Assembly: GCA_964638145.1 (NCBI GenBank)
Contig: CAZXAK010000040.1
Location: forward strand, 3,852-67,851
Source: an uncultured Desulfobacterales bacterium
Lineage (GTDB): Bacteria; Desulfobacterota; Dissulfuribacteria; Dissulfuribacterales; QOAL01
Reading direction: 5' to 3'
DNA length: 64,000 nt
Below are positions 1 to 10,025 of this stretch, piece after piece. A model generated the notes under the pieces. It was given only the letters and a program-made list of their open reading frames with translations, did no database searches and had not been told where the DNA came from. The translations under genes were made by a program, and so were the position numbers. Numbering within the stretch: position 1 is the first letter of the stretch; the number at the start of each line of letters is the position of its first letter.

Positions 1-193
1 ACAGACGGATTTAAAAGTACACCTGCACACAGGTAACCGGTAACCCTGGGGAAACTGAATGCATTGGCGGCCTTGCCTCCCCAATAACTGAAAAACAGTA
101 ACAGCCCCGTGCTTAGAACAACATTGGTAATCATCTATGAAACTTTCATTTTCACGGTTCCGGTTACATTGACCTTTGAACAACTTGCTCATG

Positions 194-365
194 CCTGAGT
201 TGAGCGATTCCCAAATCTGCCTCAGGTGCAGGGCAGAGGGTACGCAGACGTAATGTTGTATTTCAAGTATCCTACAGACAAGCGAAGAGTCGGACGCAAC
301 AGATCATGCAAAATTGGGAATAAAGACAAAACAAAATTCTACATGATTTGAAACGCTCATTTAGG
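194..365 (+). mobile_element. Family-A MITE-like inverted-repeat element, copy A1 (172 bp; modules L+M1+M2+R)
   Basis: Termini CCTGAGTTGAGCG...CGCTCATTTAGG are inverted repeats and match the copies at 5353, 12680, 20725, 27227 and 47482. The internal block GGTACGCAGACGTAATGTTGTATTTCAAGTATCC is shared with A5 and A6. Confidence 0.8.
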
Positions 366-444
366 TTACATAAAATCCGGCAACAGCAAGATTTAGCATA
401 AAAAAAGTTTAATGGAATTTTTGAGGTTTGAATAGTGGGACATG

Positions 445-475
445 AAAAAAAACAGGGGTCGTTTGATACGACCCC
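445..475 (-). terminator. Rho-independent terminator downstream of the CBS/ACT gene
   Basis: On the minus strand: GGGGTCG-tatcaaa-CGACCCC, then tg and a T8 run, about 30 nt after the stop at 507. Confidence 0.75.
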
Positions 476-506
476 GGAATGGAAAACACTTATGAAAAAA
501 TCTTGA

Positions 507-1205
507 CTAAACCTCAGAAGGCTTAGGAGTCTTTCTTGGTATATTGGATAGGTCCTCTCTGATGACGTAAAGGACCTTGAACTTTTTCTTTAGATCTTCG
601 ACCATCTCCTCAAGTTCATTATCCTCCATATTCTGAAGCCTAACATATACCTCACGTCTCCCTGCCGGCATATGATCATCGCTGGTCAATACACTCACCA
701 CCCTGGCACCACAGTCCCTTAATGCCTTGATCAGGGCATGAAGGGAACCAGGTTTATCCTCCATATCAAAGGCAACCTGTATAGGACTTCTGTAAGCCCC
801 GGAAATACTGATCATCACCTTGAAGATATCAGTCTGTGTAAGGAGGCCAACCACCTTGCCTTCCTTATCAACAACCGGCATGCCGGAGATGCGATTCTCA
901 AGCATTATAACAGCAGCCTTTTCCACTGAATCGTTTTCATCCAGGGTAATGGGATCAGGCGTCATGATATCCTTGACCTTGATCTCCGAAAGCAGATAGT
1001 AGAGTTCATGCACATCAAGCGACGTTGCCTTGGAGGGTGCAGCTTCCTTTACATCCCTGTCACTGATTATCCCCACAATCCGTTTGTCACGCACCACTGG
1101 TATCCGTCTTATCCCATGCTCTTTCATGAGCTGGGTTGCCTTCATTATCGAGGTATTCTCGTCTATTACGATGGGATCTACTGCCATCCACTCTTTAGCT
1201 AACAT
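507..1205 (-). CDS. CBS-pair plus ACT-like domain protein (AcuB-type)
   Basis: 232-aa ORF with two CBS-like repeats (MKEHGIRRIPVV..., MLENRISGMPVVD...) and a C-terminal ACT-like region. Confidence 0.8.
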   Translation of the reverse strand: MLAKEWMAVDPIVIDENTSIMKATQLMKEHGIRRIPVVRDKRIVGIISDRDVKEAAPSKATSLDVHELYYLLSEIKVKDIMTPDPITLDENDSVEKAAVIMLENRISGMPVVDKEGKVVGLLTQTDIFKVMISISGAYRSPIQVAFDMEDKPGSLHALIKALRDCGARVVSVLTSDDHMPAGRREVYVRLQNMEDNELEEMVEDLKKKFKVLYVIREDLSNIPRKTPKPSEV

Positions 1206-1670
1206 GCATGTCCTCCTAAAAGAATTATATGGCCAGCATCAAAAAAGCTGCTGACACCCAACACTGATATCTATCATTTCATTCGGCGGGCCTGCAAAAG
1301 TTGTTAAAGGATTTTGCCCAAAGCGGCAGGCTCAAGCTATTATATTATTTTCGTTTCAACAAAGAAATACCTAAATGTAACCACCAACAGGGTAACTTAT
1401 AAAAAATTATTACTACTAATAATTCTTTGCTGCCATAATCCCCCATGGCCTCCCCATGACCCGCCCAATGGAGATATGATGAGAGATCGGACATAAATCC
1501 CGCTTCCGATCCCTTCCAAAATCGTTCTTTCAGTATTAAAGTAACAACTACCCTCAATTCTGAACCATGTAATAAGACACTTCTCTCATGTCAAGAGAAA
1601 CCGGAAACGGCCTGCAGCAAACCATATCCCTTGGTAGTAAACAGGTCAGATCCCATCATAAACACCACAA

Positions 1671-2630
1671 ATGGACATACATGAATTAAAGATAGCCGTG
1701 GTAGGACCTGGAGCAGTGGGCTGTCTGCTGGCACACGGCCTGAGCCTGTGTGGCGGCAATGTAACTTTGATAGACCACAGGCCGGGAAGGGCACAACGTC
1801 TTTCATCCACAGGAATCACTGTTATTACCCCTGAGGGCCATGAACAATCAGGGCCACTCTGTCTTGCTGATACCAACAGGGCAGGTGTTCAGGATGCAGT
1901 AATATTTGCCGTAAAGGCCTATCAAACCAGAGAAGCTGCGGCAAATGCCGCACCTATGGTAGGGCCAAACACCCTGGTGGTTACCCTGCAAAACGGTATG
2001 GGATATGAAAACCATCTCAAGGCGATTGCTGCCAAGGGTTATCTGGTAACAGGTATTACAGCGCTTGGAGCCACACTTATACAGGAAGGCACGGTACGCC
2101 TTGCAGGAACTGGCAAGACAATAGCGGGCTTTACGCACCGGCCTGATGAAAAGGGCCAGCAGATATTCGACCTCCTTGGAAACGCCTTTCTAAAGGCGGG
2201 ATGGGAATTTGAGCAGGTTGAAGATCCAGAACCGGCACGCTGGCAAAAACTCATGGTAAATGTGGGTATAAACGCCATAACCGCCATTACATGCATAAAA
2301 AACGGGGATATCCTCCATTACCAGCATGCCCTTGACTTGCAGGACTCTGCCGTACAGGAGGCATTCTCTGTAATGCAACATCACTGTGGCAAGGCATCTC
2401 ACAATCTGGACTCCATGATAAAAAATGTTAGGGATGTATGCAGACGCACCGCTAACAACGTATCTTCCATGCTTCAGGACAGGCTCAAACATGGTGTGAC
2501 CGAAATTGATTACATCAACGGCTTCATATGCAGGACAGGGGATGCATGTGGAGTTGAAACGCCTGTTAACAGAACCCTTTGCAGACTCATAAGGATACTT
2601 GAAGCCTCAGGCTGGAAAACAGCACCTTGA
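1671..2630 (+). CDS. panE: 2-dehydropantoate 2-reductase (ketopantoate reductase, PanE/ApbA family)
   Basis: N-terminal Rossmann motif KIAVVGPGAVGCLLA. C-terminal SSMLQDRLKHGVTEIDYINGF is typical of ApbA_C. Confidence 0.8.
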   Translation: MDIHELKIAVVGPGAVGCLLAHGLSLCGGNVTLIDHRPGRAQRLSSTGITVITPEGHEQSGPLCLADTNRAGVQDAVIFAVKAYQTREAAANAAPMVGPNTLVVTLQNGMGYENHLKAIAAKGYLVTGITALGATLIQEGTVRLAGTGKTIAGFTHRPDEKGQQIFDLLGNAFLKAGWEFEQVEDPEPARWQKLMVNVGINAITAITCIKNGDILHYQHALDLQDSAVQEAFSVMQHHCGKASHNLDSMIKNVRDVCRRTANNVSSMLQDRLKHGVTEIDYINGFICRTGDACGVETPVNRTLCRLIRILEASGWKTAP

Positions 2631-3128
2631 TGAAGGGGCCATATACTTTTCCAGCAAAAAAATGTTGACAACTCGTATAGTAAAAGGCTATATGACAACA
2701 TCCTGAGGCTGTATCTTGTGGATGCCTATTCAGAAACGGCCAGGTTCTGGTCAATTTCCTGTTTCTGCAAGTCAAAATATCAGATCAGAATCCGCGTGAG
2801 GACGCATTTTATCTAAAGTTTATTACTCCGACTGACGAATAAAAAATCATCACCCTGGTGCAGGACTGGCGCAGTAAGGCATGCCATTACATCCGGCATG
2901 AGCATAACTGTCTGTGCTCGGATGTATCTATAACATTACGGGGGCAGGCTGTGCCCTGCACGTGTACAGGGAATGACTCGCCTTGGGAGGGGAGAGGCAC
3001 TGTGCATGCAGGTCCTGTCTGGACAGATCAAATTTCATAAATGGTTCTGTTCTTCACCACTATTTCAGTGCCACAGGGTGGCAACATTTTAACCATTATC
3101 TAAATCCTACGATTGTCAAATTTGCCAA

Positions 3129-3183
3129 AGATGCAAGATATAAGGCACGCAGAGACGTATCCGTGAACTTCATTAGGTACAGG
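3129..3183. repeat. Diverged copy of the M1 block of family-A elements, abutting B1
   Basis: AGATGCAAG..ACGCAGAGACGTA..ACTTCA..ACAGG aligns in blocks (roughly 60%) with GAGATGCAAGGCAGAGGATACGCAGACGTACTG..ACTTCAA..ACAGGTAAG of A5/A6. Confidence 0.4.
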
Positions 3184-3184
3184 A

Positions 3185-3361
3185 CATGCTGCACGACATC
3201 TGAGATGCATAAGCAATTGGCAAAGGCAGATGGTGCTTTTTCTCATGGTTTTGACCACGGACAAATATATCATTCACAAGTCACTGCAACTAATGAGCTT
3301 TAAAACATGATAAAAGCGCCATAGCCTGTACAGGTATCATTAGGTGTCATATCGTGTACAT
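3185..3361 (+). mobile_element. Family-B MITE-like element, copy B1 (degenerate ends)
   Basis: Left end CATGCTGCACGAC. The core GATGGTGCTTTTTCTCATGGTTTTGACC...GAGCTTTAAAACATGATAAAAGCGCCAT is collinear with B2-B4. The right end GTCATATCGTGTACAT is degraded and no TSD is visible. Confidence 0.7.
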
Positions 3362-3549
3362 CCATCACTTTCATGTTATTCCGCTATCACAGACAGATAC
3401 CCCAGGACATGGAAACATTGCGATATGGTATGTACGCATTTTAGGCTTTAATACAAACTTTTGCCAGGTGCGGCACCTGGCCATGTACCCCATGAGGTAC
3501 GCAGGTAAAATGCCGCTATTTTCATTCATGTGAGGAGTTGAGGTGCCAG

Positions 3550-4875
3550 ATGGCAAGAAAAACCAAGAACAACAGGGAACAGGGAGGGGAGCCTGCGGCT
3601 GTTAACGGTAATCCTGTAAAGATCATGAATCTCAATGATCTCAAGAAACAACCGGTAACAGAACTTTACCACCTTGCCTCAGAGCTGGGCATTGAATCTG
3701 CCAGGGGCAAGAGAAAGCAGGAACTGATTTTCGCAATACTCAAGGCCCAGATGTCGAGAAGTGGCACGGTCTATGCCCAGGGGGTCCTTGAAATACTTCA
3801 GGACGGCTTTGGCTTCCTGCGAAGTCCTGACTATAATTACTTGCCTGGTCCTGACGATATCTACGTTTCTCCATCCCAGATAAGACGCTTTAATCTGAAC
3901 ACAGGAGATACAGTCTCCGGTCAGATACGTCCGCCCAAGGAGGGGGAGCGTTACTTTGCCCTGCTAAAGGTCGAGTCCCTAAATTTCGATCCGCCTGAAA
4001 GTGCCTTTGACAAGATACTTTTTGACAATCTCACGCCCCTCTATCCTCAGGAACACCTCAAGCTTGAGACCACGCCTGACAATATCGGGGCCAGGATCAT
4101 GGATCTCATAACCCCTATTGGCAAGGGGCAGAGGGGGCTGATAGTGGCACCGCCAAGGACAGGCAAGACCATGCTCCTAAAGAGTATTGCCAACAGTATC
4201 TCTGCAAACCATCCTGAAGTCATCATGATCGTGCTGCTCATAGACGAGAGACCTGAAGAGGTTACAGACATGCAGCGCTCGGTCAATGCAGAGGTGATCA
4301 GCTCCACCTTTGACGAGCCGGCCCAGCGCCATGTACAGGTCTCGGAGATGGTGATTGAAAAGGCCAAGAGGTTGGTTGAGCACAAAAAAGATGTAGTGAT
4401 CCTGCTGGACAGCATCACCAGACTCGCCAGGGCCTACAACACAGTGGTACCTCCAAGCGGCAAGATCCTGTCAGGTGGTGTTGACTCAAACGCCCTGCAA
4501 CGACCCAAGAGGTTCTTTGGTGCGGCCCGGAATATCGAGGAGGGAGGAAGCCTCACCATCATTGCCACTGCCCTGATCGACACGGGCAGCCGTATGGATG
4601 AGGTAATATTTGAAGAATTCAAGGGCACAGGCAACATGGAAATAGTCCTTGACCGTAAACTTACGGAAAAACGTATATTCCCCTCCATTGATATCAACCG
4701 TTCAGGCACCAGGAAGGAAGACCTTCTCCTGCCACCTGAAGTACTTAACAGGGTATGGATACTTAGAAAGCTCCTTTCACCCCTAAATCCCGTTGACAGT
4801 ATGGAATTCCTCATGGACAAGATGGCCAGTACCAAGAGCAATGCAGAATTCTTGGACTCCATGAACAAGGGCTGA
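3550..4875 (+). CDS. rho: Transcription termination factor Rho
   Basis: Rho N-terminal and RNA-binding region ([10 protein letters not shown]..., [14 protein letters not shown]) and Walker [11 protein letters not shown] at 3550 preceded by GAGGTG; the track ORF starts at TTG 3538. Confidence 0.95.
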   Translation: MARKTKNNREQGGEPAAVNGNPVKIMNLNDLKKQPVTELYHLASELGIESARGKRKQELIFAILKAQMSRSGTVYAQGVLEILQDGFGFLRSPDYNYLPGPDDIYVSPSQIRRFNLNTGDTVSGQIRPPKEGERYFALLKVESLNFDPPESAFDKILFDNLTPLYPQEHLKLETTPDNIGARIMDLITPIGKGQRGLIVAPPRTGKTMLLKSIANSISANHPEVIMIVLLIDERPEEVTDMQRSVNAEVISSTFDEPAQRHVQVSEMVIEKAKRLVEHKKDVVILLDSITRLARAYNTVVPPSGKILSGGVDSNALQRPKRFFGAARNIEEGGSLTIIATALIDTGSRMDEVIFEEFKGTGNMEIVLDRKLTEKRIFPSIDINRSGTRKEDLLLPPEVLNRVWILRKLLSPLNPVDSMEFLMDKMASTKSNAEFLDSMNKG

Positions 4876-5109
4876 TGCACAAGGACTGAATATGCAGTAA
4901 CTGTTCACAGGGGTTTTTGCGGAGGTATTATTACTTCAAATGCCTGACAGGCAGACGAAGCCCCATAGGCAGTAGATGGGGGACCCTATGTGCAGATACA
5001 ATATGCCTGTCTATGTGCTCGCTGATGTTGACTAAAGGCTCAAATGGTAGTTTTTTATGGCCTGCTGCCCGTAGGCAGTAAAATAGACAAACAATCAGGA
5101 GAAAATATA

Positions 5110-5322
5110 ATGAAGGAAGGAATACATCCCAAATATTACAAGGCAACTGCACGCTGTGCATGTGGCAACGAGTTTGAGGTCGGCTCAACCATAGAAGAAA
5201 TCAAGGTTGAAATATGTGCCAAGTGCCACCCATTCTTTACAGGCAAACAGAAATTGGTTGACACTGCAGGACGTATTGAAAAATTCCGCAAAAAGTATGG
5301 GGATACTGCAGTAAAAAAATAA
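5110..5322 (+). CDS. rpmE: 50S ribosomal protein L31 (Cys-containing form)
   Basis: [10 protein letters not shown]...CACGNEF...[18 protein letters not shown] lies 8 nt upstream of ATG 5110; the track ORF is over-extended to 5044. Confidence 0.95.
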   Translation: MKEGIHPKYYKATARCACGNEFEVGSTIEEIKVEICAKCHPFFTGKQKLVDTAGRIEKFRKKYGDTAVKK

Positions 5323-5352
5323 ACGCCTGTACAGACACCAACCTTACCTATG

Positions 5353-5461
5353 CCTAAATTGAGCGATTCCCAAGTTTGCATGAGATGCAAGGCAACAGCA
5401 ACAATCCACTGCCATTAAAGACAAAACAAAATTCCACATGATTTGAAACGCTCAATTTAGG
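5353..5461 (+). mobile_element. Family-A element, copy A2 (109 bp)
   Basis: CCTAAATTGAGCGATTCCCAAGTTTGCATGAGATGCAAGG...TTCCACATGATTTGAAACGCTCAATTTAGG. Flanks are CTATG / TTATG. Confidence 0.85.
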
Positions 5462-5734
5462 TTATGATTTGACCGGGATAAAGGAAGCTGCCTTTCCCGG
5501 TCTTCAATCTTTTGGTATCAGGTATTTCAGACGTGGTTCAACTATTCTTCACACCTTTTGCAAGGCGCACGGCATGTATGTCTGAGTGAAGGTCCTCTCA
5601 GTAGGGATATACATACAGTACCACAACTATCTGTAACAATAGGGCATTGTAACCCCTGTTCACCAAAGAGGGGGCATTCATGTTCGTCTCGCATTATGTT
5701 TGACGTGCAGCATCGCACCTCTTTACACATGTCC

Positions 5735-5888
5735 CATGCTACAGGACACGTTAAGGGCAGATGGTACCTTTATCACGTTTTTTTAGAGCGCATCAGTTGC
5801 GAACAGCTATTTATGAATTTTGCCAGCGGTTAAAACCGTGAAAAAAGGCACCACACACCCCTGTCATTCAGCTTCGTCCCGTGGCATG
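5735..5888 (-). mobile_element. Family-B element, copy B4 (154 bp)
   Basis: Ends CATGCTACAGGAC ... GTCCCGTGGCATG are inverted (10/13). Flanking 9-mers CACATGTCC / CGCATGACC match 7/9. The core is collinear with B2 in reverse orientation. Confidence 0.75.
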
Positions 5889-5922
5889 CGCATGACCCGA
5901 AGGTTTTTAAATTTGGAGGAGT

Positions 5923-7002
5923 ATGGATCTTACAGCAAAGCTGACAGAGCTTGAGGAACGCTACAATCAGCTTGAAAAAGAGCTGAGCAACCCTGACGTG
6001 TTCAAGGACCAGAAAAAATACCAGGCCCTTGCCAAGGAACACTCCGATCTGGGCTCTGTGGTACGGGTCTACAGGGAATTTCTTGACGTCAATCAGGAAA
6101 TATCCGAAAATAGGGAGTTGCTCAATGATCCGGATCCTGACATGAGAGAGCTGGCGCAGGGTGAGCTTGAGGAGCTTGAGGCACGATCCGGAAAGCTCGA
6201 GGCCGAACTTAAAAAACTGCTACTGCCCAAGGACCCGCTTGACGACAAGAACGTACTGCTTGAAATAAGGGCAGGGACAGGCGGGGATGAGGCAGCACTC
6301 TTTGCCGCTGACCTGTTCCGCATGTACTGCAGATACGCGGAAGAGAAGGACTGGAAGGTGGAGATACTAAGTGAACATCCCACAGGCATAGGGGGGTACA
6401 AGGAGGTTATTGCAATGATCTCCGGTGATCGTGTTTACAGCCACCTCAAATATGAAAGCGGGACCCACAGGGTTCAGCGTGTCCCTGATACAGAGACCCA
6501 GGGCAGGATACACACCTCTGCAGTGACAGTTGCCGTGCTGCCAGAGGCAGATGAGGTGGATGTCCAGATTGATCCCTCAGAGTTGCGTATAGACGTGTAC
6601 CGTGCGTCAGGAGCTGGTGGACAGCACGTCAACAAGACAGAGTCGGCAGTACGTATCACCCACATACCCACAGGCCTGGTCGTTCAGTGTCAGGACGAAC
6701 GCTCCCAGCACAAGAACAGGGCCAAGGCAATGAAGGTACTTGCAGCAAGGCTTCTTGACCTCAAAAAACGGGAACAGCACGACCAGCTCAGCGCAGAGAG
6801 GAAACAGATGGTGGGCTCTGGAGACAGGAGTGAACGCATCAGGACCTACAACTTTCCCCAGGGCAGAGTTACTGATCACAGAATCGGCCTGACTCTCTAC
6901 CGCTTGGAGGCAATCATGCAGGGGGACCTGGACGAACTCCTTGAGGCCATCGGGACCTACTTCCAGGCGCAGGCACTTGCTGCAGGAAGTGAAGGTCAAT
7001 AA
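5923..7002 (+). CDS. prfA: Peptide chain release factor 1
   Basis: GGQ motif ([11 protein letters not shown]) and PxT-type region ([17 protein letters not shown]). 359 aa. Confidence 0.95.
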   Translation: MDLTAKLTELEERYNQLEKELSNPDVFKDQKKYQALAKEHSDLGSVVRVYREFLDVNQEISENRELLNDPDPDMRELAQGELEELEARSGKLEAELKKLLLPKDPLDDKNVLLEIRAGTGGDEAALFAADLFRMYCRYAEEKDWKVEILSEHPTGIGGYKEVIAMISGDRVYSHLKYESGTHRVQRVPDTETQGRIHTSAVTVAVLPEADEVDVQIDPSELRIDVYRASGAGGQHVNKTESAVRITHIPTGLVVQCQDERSQHKNRAKAMKVLAARLLDLKKREQHDQLSAERKQMVGSGDRSERIRTYNFPQGRVTDHRIGLTLYRLEAIMQGDLDELLEAIGTYFQAQALAAGSEGQ

Positions 7003-7065
7003 TCTGCCCACGCAGGGTACAGGGCCACAAACCCTGTTCACAAACCACTCCCATAAATCCCCAAA

Positions 7066-8067
7066 ATGTCTCCTGCCCAAGATGCAGACATGCAAACACC
7101 TGCCGAAGAGTCACAGGTCACTGTTGGCCACGCGCTTTCAGTTATTGTCAACCGACTGAAAAGGGCAGATAGATGTTCTGATATTCTTGATCCAATCTTG
7201 GAGGCCGAGCTACTGTTGGCCCATGTGCTTGGCATGGAACGATGGCAAATCCGCATCCGCCAGGACTGTCTGCTTGACGGCCTTCAGTACGAAAAACTCC
7301 TTGAGTTTGCTGACAGGCGTGTTGCAGGGGAACCCAGTGCATACATCCTGGGCAGCAAGGAGTTCTGGTCCAGGAAATTTCTGGTTACAAACCACACTCT
7401 GATACCTCGTCCGGAAACCGAACTGCTTGTGGAAACTGCTCTGGAACTTGTATCAGCAGGAAAATTCAACTCGTTGCCCCCACACCCTTCATCATGCAGG
7501 GCCATCCATGAAAGGGATCAGGACATGGGTGACAAGGACTCTTCCCTGTTCATACTGGATGCTGGTACCGGATGCGGCATAATTGCCATAACCCTTGCCC
7601 TTGAAATTCCAGGCTGCTCTGTGGTGGCTACCGACATCTCCATGCCAGCGTTAGAAACTGCGCAGAAAAACATACGTGCCCACCACCTGTGTGGCAAAGA
7701 CAGTGCCACGGCACAGATATCCCTGGTCAACGCAAACTGGCTCAGCTGTTTCAGGACCGGCCAGCTTTTTCATATCGTGGTATCCAATCCTCCCTACATA
7801 GGTGAATCCGAGCCCCTGTCACCACAGGTAGCCCACTATGAACCAGACCAGGCCCTGTTTGCAGGAAAGGATGGGCTTGAGGCAATCAGAAAATTGATAT
7901 GCACAGTGCCATCTGTACTCAAACCAGGGGGATGGTTCCTGTGTGAAATCGGATTTATGCAGGGAGAAATAGCCAAAAAACTGGCCCGCAGGTATTTTGA
8001 CAGGGTTGAGATAAGAAAGGACCTGTCAGGAAAGGACAGGCTGCTCACCGCACGCATTGCGCCCTGA
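7066..8067 (+). CDS. prmC: Release-factor glutamine N5-methyltransferase PrmC/HemK
   Basis: SAM motif LDAGTGCG and catalytic VVSNPPYI. Immediately downstream of prfA. Confidence 0.9.
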   Translation: MSPAQDADMQTPAEESQVTVGHALSVIVNRLKRADRCSDILDPILEAELLLAHVLGMERWQIRIRQDCLLDGLQYEKLLEFADRRVAGEPSAYILGSKEFWSRKFLVTNHTLIPRPETELLVETALELVSAGKFNSLPPHPSSCRAIHERDQDMGDKDSSLFILDAGTGCGIIAITLALEIPGCSVVATDISMPALETAQKNIRAHHLCGKDSATAQISLVNANWLSCFRTGQLFHIVVSNPPYIGESEPLSPQVAHYEPDQALFAGKDGLEAIRKLICTVPSVLKPGGWFLCEIGFMQGEIAKKLARRYFDRVEIRKDLSGKDRLLTARIAP

Positions 8068-8196
8068 TGTGTATACATATCTTACATATCAAGTGCCCGG
8101 AACTTTCATGCCATCCCGATTAATACATGCCCTTGGAATATAAAATGCTATCGTAACGGTGTGTATTTTCATGGTAAAAGGGGGGAGTGACAGGAC

Positions 8197-8231
8197 AAAA
8201 AAAGGGGGCCAGCCTTATGGGCTGTCCCCCC
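8197..8231 (-). terminator. Rho-independent terminator about 190 nt downstream of rpsU
   Basis: Minus strand: GGGGGGACAGCC-cataa-GGCTGGCCCCC followed by TTTTTTT. Confidence 0.8.
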
Positions 8232-8416
8232 TGACCATGTCTTTTTGAGACACCTAAAACTAAAAGTTATCCCTAAACAGGTAACACCCCCCTGAGATAA
8301 ACTGATAAGCCATGCACACGGTATTCATCTGAACCTGGCTTTCCCATCCGGCTTTCCGTCAACCCAAATCCATGCTGGGCCAGATCCACCTCAACCGTGT
8401 GCATCTCTGAAACAGG
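8232..8416 (-). ncRNA. Candidate structured 3'UTR or small RNA between the rpsU stop and its terminator
   Basis: No ORF. An 11-bp perfect long-range stem (ATGCACACGGT / ACCGTGTGCAT) encloses about 70 nt with further pairings (CTGGC/GCCAG). It ends at a strong terminator. Confidence 0.3.
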
Positions 8417-8611
8417 CTATCTTCTGCGCCTGCGGCGTGCCTTACGGCGTCTTCTTTCGGCTTCCTGCATCTTGCGACGCCGCTTTACACTTGGTTTTTC
8501 GTAAAAACGGCGATTCTTAAGCTCCCTCTGGAGACCGTCAAGCTGCATCTTCTTCTTGAGAACTCGGAGAGCCTTTTCCAGATTGTCCTGGACTTCGACT
8601 ACAATCGCCAA
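8417..8611 (-). CDS. rpsU: 30S ribosomal protein S21
   Basis: [45 protein letters not shown] with a basic tail. Probable TTG start at 8611 preceded by AAGGAAAGGGGGG; the track ORF extends to 8686. Confidence 0.85.
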   Translation of the reverse strand: MAIVVEVQDNLEKALRVLKKKMQLDGLQRELKNRRFYEKPSVKRRRKMQEAERRRRKARRRRRR

Positions 8612-8876
8612 GGGAATCCCCCCTTTCCTTTTGAGAATTTTGGAAATATAGCAGTTTGTGTCTGTATAGGCAATAGAAAATTTCATTATTGACCTAAATC
8701 TTGCAACCTAAGCACAGGACCTTATGTAAGATGCAGATTGCGAATTTACACAAACAACGCCGTGAACTGCACCCAAGGGATCAGGTACTCAAAGTTGATG
8801 CCCAATCAATAGCAAAACTCGACTATACCACCAAATAGGTGTAAAATCTCAGGAAGAATTATACTTGGAGGAATCA

Positions 8877-9944
8877 ATGTCAGATATAAACATAAAGGAC
8901 AAGACCCGCGCGGTTGATGCCGCCATCAGCCAGATACAGAAACAGTTCGGCAAGGGTGCTGTAATGAGACTTGGGGACAAGGGAGGGGTGGAAGATGTAT
9001 CCGTGATTCCCACAGGTTCCATTGCAGTGGATATTGCAACTGGTGTCGGTGGAGTTCCCCGTGGCAGGATCGTTGAAATATTCGGCCCTGAATCCTCTGG
9101 AAAGACCACCCTGGCCCTGCACCTCATTGCGGAGGCCCAGAAGATGGGTGGCATCGCTGCCTTTATAGATGCGGAACATGCCATGGATCCCGTGTACGCA
9201 TCAAAGCTCGGGGTCAATACTGAAGATCTGCTCATATCACAGCCTGATTATGGGGAACAGGCCCTTGAGATAGCAGACTCCCTGGTCAGAAGCGGTGCGT
9301 TGGACATAATAGTCATTGACTCAGTGGCTGCCCTTGTGCCAAAGGCCGAGATCGAAGGGGATATGGGAGATACCCACGTAGGGCTTCAGGCCCGGCTCAT
9401 GTCCCAGGCGCTTCGCAAACTCACTGCCAACCTCAACAAGACCAATACTGTCCTTATATTCATCAACCAGATACGGATGAAGATCGGGGTCATGTTCGGC
9501 AACCCGGAGACAACCACAGGCGGCAATGCCCTGAAGTTCTACTCCACCATGCGCCTTGACATACGCCGCACAGCCTCCCTGAAGGAAGGGGCGGATATCA
9601 TAGGAAACCGCACAAAAGTAAAGGTGGTAAAGAACAAGATAGCCCCCCCGTTCAAACAGGCTGAATTCGATATCTACTATGGAGAGGGCATCTCCAGGGA
9701 GAGTTCCCTGCTTGATCTCGGCGTGGCAGTGGACATCATAGAGAAGAGTGGTGCCTGGTACTCCTACAATGGAGAACGCATGGGACAGGGCAGGGAGAAT
9801 GTACGAAACTTCATGAAGGAGAATCCTGAAATTACCGCAGAGATAGAGCAGAGGGTGAGAGAGGCCTACGGGCTTCCGCCCCTGCCCGGTAGCCCCGAAG
9901 AGACTGGGGGCCAGGGAACAAAGGGCGAAGCCGCAGAGGCATAA
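8877..9944 (+). CDS. recA: Recombinase RecA
   Basis: Walker [13 protein letters not shown], and FIDAEHA. ATG 8877 is preceded by TGGAGGA. Confidence 0.97.
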   Translation: MSDINIKDKTRAVDAAISQIQKQFGKGAVMRLGDKGGVEDVSVIPTGSIAVDIATGVGGVPRGRIVEIFGPESSGKTTLALHLIAEAQKMGGIAAFIDAEHAMDPVYASKLGVNTEDLLISQPDYGEQALEIADSLVRSGALDIIVIDSVAALVPKAEIEGDMGDTHVGLQARLMSQALRKLTANLNKTNTVLIFINQIRMKIGVMFGNPETTTGGNALKFYSTMRLDIRRTASLKEGADIIGNRTKVKVVKNKIAPPFKQAEFDIYYGEGISRESSLLDLGVAVDIIEKSGAWYSYNGERMGQGRENVRNFMKENPEITAEIEQRVREAYGLPPLPGSPEETGGQGTKGEAAEA

Positions 9945-10025
9945 CGCCGCGGCCATTCTCCTTTTTCAAACCAATCACGACAGAGATAGATTTTATCGTT
10001 AAAATACATTTTATTCGGAACTTAT

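Noticed and set aside
3205-3303. Small ORF inside family-B elements. B1 encodes MHKQLAKADGAFSHGFDHGQIYHSQVTATNEL. B2 (25357-25458) encodes the similar MQKQLAKAADGAFSHGFDREPIYHHQVIATDEL.
   Set aside because: B3 carries two 1-nt deletions and a premature TGA in the same frame, and B4 has no equivalent ATG. The B1/B2 differences are mostly non-synonymous. The similarity is better explained by nucleotide conservation of a non-coding repeat.
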